32,000 nt of DNA, from the NCBI RefSeq assembly GCF_900167395.1, contig NZ_FUWK01000001.1, positions 164,573-196,572 on the forward strand, read 5' to 3'. This stretch comes from Nitrosomonas europaea (GTDB lineage Bacteria > Pseudomonadota > Gammaproteobacteria > Burkholderiales > Nitrosomonadaceae). The notes under the pieces were generated by a model. It had not been told where the DNA came from and ran no database searches. It was given only the letters and a program-made list of their open reading frames with translations. This document shows positions 28,253 to 32,000 of the stretch, in pieces; position 1 is the first letter of the stretch, and the number at the start of each line of letters is the position of its first letter. Position numbers and translations under genes: made by a program.

Positions 28253-28755
28253 CGCCCACCTCTCTTCTTGGGGGACGGCTTGGCCTTGGCGTTGGACGGC
28301 GGCTTGAGCCCGAAGAACAGCGGACCCGACCAGCGCATGCCGGTGATTTCGCGGGCGATCATCGAGAGGCTCGGGTATATGCGTCCCTGGAAGTCATACT
28401 GGCCGTCGGCGGTCGCGATCACGCGGTACTCGACGCCTTTGTATTCCCGAACCAGTACCGTGCCTGCGGCCGGACGGTAATCGCGGTCGCGTTTTTTCAC
28501 CTTGCCGGTTTCGACCAGTGATTCGATTCGACGCTGGTTGCGATCCAGCAGGTTGGCGTCGGCCTTGCGGAATTCCAGCTCCTGCAGCCGGTAGGCAATC
28601 CGGCGCTCGAGGAACTGGCGGTTGTGGGTGGGCGTGTCGCCACCGACCAGCTTCTGCCAGAGTGCCCGGATTTCTGCCATCGGCATCTCGGGAAGCCTCG
28701 CGATCTGCGCCGCCACCGATGGCGGCGTGGAAAATGATGGTGTTTGCGTGCTCAT
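28249..28755 (-). CDS. DUF2924-domain protein (recombinase-associated)
   Basis: EIRALWQKLVGGDTPTHNRQFLERRIAYRLQELEF...GTVLVREYKGVEYRV...FQGRIYPSLSMIAREITGMRWSGPLFFGL matches my recollection of DUF2924. 4-nt overlaps on both sides. Confidence 0.7.
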   Translation of the reverse strand: MSTQTPSFSTPPSVAAQIARLPEMPMAEIRALWQKLVGGDTPTHNRQFLERRIAYRLQELEFRKADANLLDRNQRRIESLVETGKVKKRDRDYRPAAGTVLVREYKGVEYRVIATADGQYDFQGRIYPSLSMIAREITGMRWSGPLFFGLKPPSNAKAKPSPKKRGGR

Positions 28756-28970
28756 TTCGACTCCGTAGTTGTCTTGTTGACGGGGTCTGTATGAACGCGC
28801 TGGTTGCCAGAGAAGCCAAGCTCAAACCCGCTCGCTTCTGGCTTGTTTGCGGACTCTTCTGCGCCGGTGATACGCAAGCGTGCCAGGCCGTTGGCCAGCA
28901 ACGACGCGATCTCGTGGCGACGCTGTTCCGGCGTCATCCGCTCCGGTGGTAGATGGTTGATTTGATGCAT
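28752..28970 (-). CDS. Small hypothetical protein (72 aa), first gene of recombinase operon
   Basis: ATG with GAGAGGA upstream. Stop overlaps the DUF2924 start (ATGA). No recognisable domain. Confidence 0.5.
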   Translation of the reverse strand: MHQINHLPPERMTPEQRRHEIASLLANGLARLRITGAEESANKPEASGFELGFSGNQRVHTDPVNKTTTESK

Positions 28971-29095
28971 CGGTGGCGGTCCTCTCGGTCAAACTCACAT
29001 GCAGTGAAATTGTCCGGATGGACTGCCGCCGACACCATGAGGGAGTTTCGGAGCCGTGCGAACCGATGCGGGTTGCTGCGAAAAGCAGGTCCCTT

Positions 29096-30310
29096 TTAGT
29101 TCGCCAGATGACGGGCGAGGATGGTCTTCATCAACGAATTGCCGGGCTGGGTGCTGGCGATCATGTCCCGGATCTGCTCGTTGACCTGCTGGGTTGGCAC
29201 AACAGCGTTCACCGCCGCCTGCGTGACTGCCGAATAAGCATCGAGCACATCAGTGCCGGTAATTTCATAGCCGTGTCCAAGAGAGATCCAGCGCAACGCG
29301 GCCAAGCCGGCTGCGAGCGCGAATGCTGGCTGCTTCTCGGCATAGTCACGGGCAGCGCGTGTCAGCGTGCGCGGATCGGTCGGGCTGCGCGTGGCCAGTT
29401 CGATCGCCACATCAAACAGGCCCGCATCCTTCGCAGCGGCGAACCATTTGCCCTCGGCGCCAGGCGTGCTGGCTACCAGGTCGCGTAGGATCTCTTCCGG
29501 CTGCTTGTGGGGATACTTCTTGGCGATGGCGCGAAACGTCGCCAGGTTCGTCGTGCCCTGATTTGCCTCGATGGCATAGCGGCGGTAGGCCTCGTCGAGA
29601 AAACCGGAGGACAACAGGATCTCTTCGCAGGCCTGGGCAATCTGCCAGCCAGGATCATTGAGACCGCGCGACTCCTCGGCGTAGCGGATCGCCTCCGCCT
29701 TCTTGCCCATCGCTGCCAATGCCTTCACGCCCCAGCGCCGGTCGTGCCACCATTTGAAGGGTGCCTTATCGAGCAGCGCCCACAGCTCCTGATGGCGACC
29801 TGCAGCGTACATCGATGCCAGGCAAGCGCTGGTGCCTTTGAAGAATCCGTGTCCGGAAGCCTTCGGGCTCCACACGCTCTCGACGACCGGCAAAAACTCA
29901 TCGGCCCAGTGCGACGCCAGTTCCGGCGTCACGCACAACTCGCCCCAGTAATCGCCGAGCACTTCGATGTAGGGCATTTCGTCGTCCTGCAGCGCTTGCC
30001 ACAAGCGTTCGAGCCAGCGTTGTCGCAGCTTCGGCTCGACGTCAGCCTTGACGATGATGGGCACCAGGGTATCGATGGCCTTGTTGACGGCCGACCCCAG
30101 TGCGCCCGATGAACTGTCCACCTGCTCCAGCGCTGGGGAGAGCTTTTCCAGCAGGGTGATGGCTCCTTCAGCCGCGAGTACAGGCTCCTTGCGGGCGACC
30201 TGCTTGATCTCCGTGATGGCTTCCTTGATCCGCTGCACCGGCGTATCGGAGCGCCAGCCAAACGCATGACGGCGGAAACGGGAAGCGAATTGCCACTTGT
30301 GGGCGCTCAT
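29096..30310 (-). CDS. Hypothetical 404-aa all-alpha (repeat-like), Trp-rich protein
   Basis: Long ORF with strong GC3 bias. GGTGGA RBS 6 nt upstream of the ATG. 17 nt downstream of the ImmA-like gene. Helix-forming composition throughout and no catalytic motif recognised. Confidence 0.65.
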   Translation of the reverse strand: MSAHKWQFASRFRRHAFGWRSDTPVQRIKEAITEIKQVARKEPVLAAEGAITLLEKLSPALEQVDSSSGALGSAVNKAIDTLVPIIVKADVEPKLRQRWLERLWQALQDDEMPYIEVLGDYWGELCVTPELASHWADEFLPVVESVWSPKASGHGFFKGTSACLASMYAAGRHQELWALLDKAPFKWWHDRRWGVKALAAMGKKAEAIRYAEESRGLNDPGWQIAQACEEILLSSGFLDEAYRRYAIEANQGTTNLATFRAIAKKYPHKQPEEILRDLVASTPGAEGKWFAAAKDAGLFDVAIELATRSPTDPRTLTRAARDYAEKQPAFALAAGLAALRWISLGHGYEITGTDVLDAYSAVTQAAVNAVVPTQQVNEQIRDMIASTQPGNSLMKTILARHLAN

Positions 30311-30327
30311 GATCGATCCACCATGAG

Positions 30328-31239
30328 CTACCGCACCGGGTACTGGCCGTTGCGGATGAAGCGGTCGTAGGTGTCTTCCTCCGGTTCCTCATCATCGTGC
30401 CGCGCTCCCTGCCACTCGGCCTCAGGCAGCAATAGCAGTGTCAGCGTGTAGTCGTACTGACCCGCGACGCGCGTCATCTCCGTGACCGGCATGCTGGCAG
30501 GTTCACGGGCAAACCAGGACTGAGCGCGCCCCGTCCGGTTGTCGCACATGTCAAAGGCGTTGTAGCTGTGCGCCAGCGCATCGTGCGGAAGCTCGATGGT
30601 GTTCTTGCGCGTCGCGAAGTAGGCGCCGGACTTGAGGGCCGCCTTGTTCGACTTGGCCCACAGCATGTGATCGTCGCGGCTGGCCACCAGTATCGCGCGC
30701 TTGGGTGCGATCTCAGTCCAACGCAGGGCGGCAGCCGTCAGCGATACCCCATAGCGGTCGGCGCAGTGGCCGAGCAGATCGAAGCTGATCGGCTGTCCAT
30801 CCACTTGGCGCCGGAAGTCGTCCAGCGGCATCAGCAGGGTTGAGGCGAACAGATCCGCCTCGGCCTCGATGTCGCGCTCGTTGTTGTCACCCGTCTCGAT
30901 GTCGTCGCCGCCGCACTCGAAGAGGTCCTGCTGGTGGCGGTGCAGTATGTAGTGGCCGAACTCATGCGCAATCGTGAAGCGCTTTCGGCCTTCCGACGGG
31001 GTGGCGCTGTTGTAGAGGATCAGCCACTTCGAGCGCGCCTTGTTGGCCTTCAGCAGACCATCGAAACCTTCCAGATCCTCGCCCCGAACCGTGTCGATCG
31101 GCGAGTCCGAAAAGCACTGGCGGGAATACTCCAGCGCCAGCTCGTCAACCTTGACCGGAAAGCGATCCGCACCGAGAACCGTGTTGAGCATGGACGAGAT
31201 GCGGTTGGCCTCGGCCATGGGCTTTTTCGCGTCCGTCAT
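30328..31239 (-). CDS. ImmA/IrrE-family (COG2856, DUF955) zinc metallopeptidase with ~150-aa C-terminal extension
   Basis: HEXXH motif in FTIAHEFGHYILHRH plus the downstream EAEADLFASTLLMP motif. ATGA overlap with the upstream XRE gene. Confidence 0.85.
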   Translation of the reverse strand: MTDAKKPMAEANRISSMLNTVLGADRFPVKVDELALEYSRQCFSDSPIDTVRGEDLEGFDGLLKANKARSKWLILYNSATPSEGRKRFTIAHEFGHYILHRHQQDLFECGGDDIETGDNNERDIEAEADLFASTLLMPLDDFRRQVDGQPISFDLLGHCADRYGVSLTAAALRWTEIAPKRAILVASRDDHMLWAKSNKAALKSGAYFATRKNTIELPHDALAHSYNAFDMCDNRTGRAQSWFAREPASMPVTEMTRVAGQYDYTLTLLLLPEAEWQGARHDDEEPEEDTYDRFIRNGQYPVR

Positions 31240-31640
31240 TCATCTTCCCAGGCATCGAGGATCTTGCGGATCTTCTTCTTGTCGGGCTCGGACATGTTTT
31301 TGTACTTACGGAAGAAGGCCTCGTCGAGCACTTCCTCGTCCGGGGTGGTTGCCGACTCGGTCAGCAGGAACTCCGTGGTGACCTCGAGGACGGTAGCGAT
31401 CTTGCCGATCTTCTCGGCCGATGGTTTCGGGTCGTCTTTGTTTTCCAGTTCCCAGATGTAGCTCTTGCTGGAGTCGGTCAGTTCGGCCAACTGTTCCAGA
31501 CTGAGCTTCTTTTGCTTCCGCAATGCGCGGATCTTGTCCCCCAGGGGCGATGGCACCGGTCTCTCCTCATGTGTTGGCGTCAGGCCGAAAATAATACCAC
31601 TACGCCGAACGGATTCGTACCTGCTTGACAAACTCCGCAT
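31236..31640 (-). CDS. XRE-family HTH transcriptional regulator (ImmR-like); true start may be GTG at 31556
   Basis: LGDKIRALRKQKKLSLEQLAELTDSSKSYIWELENK is a classic Cro/C1 HTH. GAGGAG lies 6 nt upstream of the in-frame GTG at 31556. The annotated ATG at 31640 lies in the lower-GC junction next to the IS. Confidence 0.8.
   Translation of the reverse strand: MRSLSSRYESVRRSGIIFGLTPTHEERPVPSPLGDKIRALRKQKKLSLEQLAELTDSSKSYIWELENKDDPKPSAEKIGKIATVLEVTTEFLLTESATTPDEEVLDEAFFRKYKNMSEPDKKKIRKILDAWEDE
31591..31599 (-). promoter_or_regulatory. Candidate extended -10 promoter element for the XRE-ImmA operon
   Basis: The minus strand reads TGGTATTAT (TGnTATAAT-like) ~35 nt upstream of the GTG at 31556. 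The -35 is weak. Confidence 0.3.
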
Positions 31641-31645
31641 TACTC

Positions 31646-32000
31646 CTAGATGTTTAGTCCCACTTTGTGATGGTATGGATTGATGATAAAACGTTCAGGT
31701 TCGTTTTGCCAGCATTTGATGATGTATTCGTAAGGTGTGAGTCCTCGTAAGGTTTTGAGTCGCCTGGCGAAGTTGTAGGCATTCAGGAAGCTGTAAAGAT
31801 GCTCTCGCAACTGTTGATGATTTTCATAATGATAGCGTTTGACGGTTGCTTCCTTGAGGGTGCGGTTCATGCGTTCGACTTGACCATTGGTCCAGGGGTG
31901 ATTTGGCTGGGTCAGGCGATGTTCCGTACCATTTTCCAGGCAGACACGGTCGAAGATATGCAAGAAAGCATGCCTGTCTGTTTTGCGGTGGGTGAACTGG
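31646..32000 (-). CDS. IS481-family (rve/DDE) transposase, C-terminal part; continues beyond the window
   Basis: ...ENGTEHRLTQPNHPWTNGQVERMNRTLKEATVKRYHY...LREHLYSFLNAYNFARRLKTLRGLTPYEYI is the conserved integrase-core C-terminus of IS481-type transposases. The frame is open to base 32000. GC drops back to a backbone-like level. Confidence 0.8.
   Translation of the reverse strand, partial: QFTHRKTDRHAFLHIFDRVCLENGTEHRLTQPNHPWTNGQVERMNRTLKEATVKRYHYENHQQLREHLYSFLNAYNFARRLKTLRGLTPYEYIIKCWQNEPERFIINPYHHKVGLNI

Larger units (their letters stand above)
23690..31645. mobile_element. ~8-kb high-GC genomic island / integrative-element remnant next to ssrA (serine-recombinase type), right side abutting an IS
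   Basis: Abrupt visible rise in GC and GC3 starting just after the ssrA terminator. Contents are a recombinase module, an XRE/ImmA module and orphan genes. The lower-GC IS481-like sequence resumes at ~31.6 kb. Exact ends are not defined. Confidence 0.6.

Noticed and set aside
26918-28480. 520-aa ORF antisense to the serine recombinase and DUF2924 genes
   Set aside because: In high-GC DNA, stop codons are rare in the antisense frame. The translation is Arg/Leu/Val/His-rich with no domain, while the opposite strand has unambiguous recombinase motifs.
28973-30112. 171-aa and 201-aa plus-strand ORFs opposite the 404-aa gene
   Set aside because: These are antisense GC artefacts. The minus-strand frame has an RBS, consistent codon bias and operon context.
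23620-31700. Search for a second copy of the ssrA 3' end (attR-type direct repeat) bounding the island
   Set aside because: None was found by eye. Only a trivial 8-bp palindrome-containing match (GCACCGGT at ~23697 and ~31553) exists, and that is compatible with chance.
1-32000. CRISPR arrays, rRNA or tRNA genes, retron-like or reverse-transcriptase elements
   Set aside because: No regularly spaced repeats, no cloverleaf-capable sequences other than the tmRNA tRNA-like domain, and no RT motifs were seen in any long ORF.

Overview
Proteobacterial chromosomal window with a backbone of roughly 50% GC by eye. Gene content and order (nusB-ribH-ribBA-ribE, thiL-pgpA-pncC, typA, mutM, ubiG-gph-ssrA) look betaproteobacterial, possibly Nitrosomonadaceae-like, but this is unverified. 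Layout: (i) 1-3.8 kb holds a sulfide/persulfide-handling operon: two YeeE/YedE membrane proteins, an SqrR/BigR-like ArsR regulator, a DUF442::type-II sulfide:quinone oxidoreductase fusion and a TauE exporter. (ii) 3.9-23.2 kb is housekeeping: hslR-recQ, a porin, a compact RNase P RNA on the minus strand, a lower-GC orphan outer-membrane protein, the pncC-pgpA-thiL / nusB-ribH-ribBA-ribE block, typA, a DsbA-like protein, mutM, a GldAFG-like ABC transporter, ompA, ubiG and gph. (iii) tmRNA (ssrA) lies at 23289-23648 with its own terminator. (iv) An ~8-kb stretch of visibly higher GC (~23.69-31.6 kb) follows directly after the ssrA terminator and ends against a partial IS481-like transposase at the window edge. 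This island holds two uncharacterised three-gene cassettes and a recombination module. The first cassette (plus strand, 24057-26411) is TIGR04255-family protein, Xre-HTH/DUF2384-like antitoxin-type protein, then a 283-aa orphan. The recombination module (minus strand) is four translationally coupled genes: small ORF, DUF2924, large serine recombinase, ParB-like HTH protein. The second cassette (minus strand, 31640-29096) is XRE repressor, ImmA/IrrE metalloprotease, then a 404-aa all-helical orphan. The two cassettes are the best candidates for an undescribed system such as toxin-antitoxin, abortive infection or an element-control switch. All functional calls come from reading motifs by eye; no searches were run.
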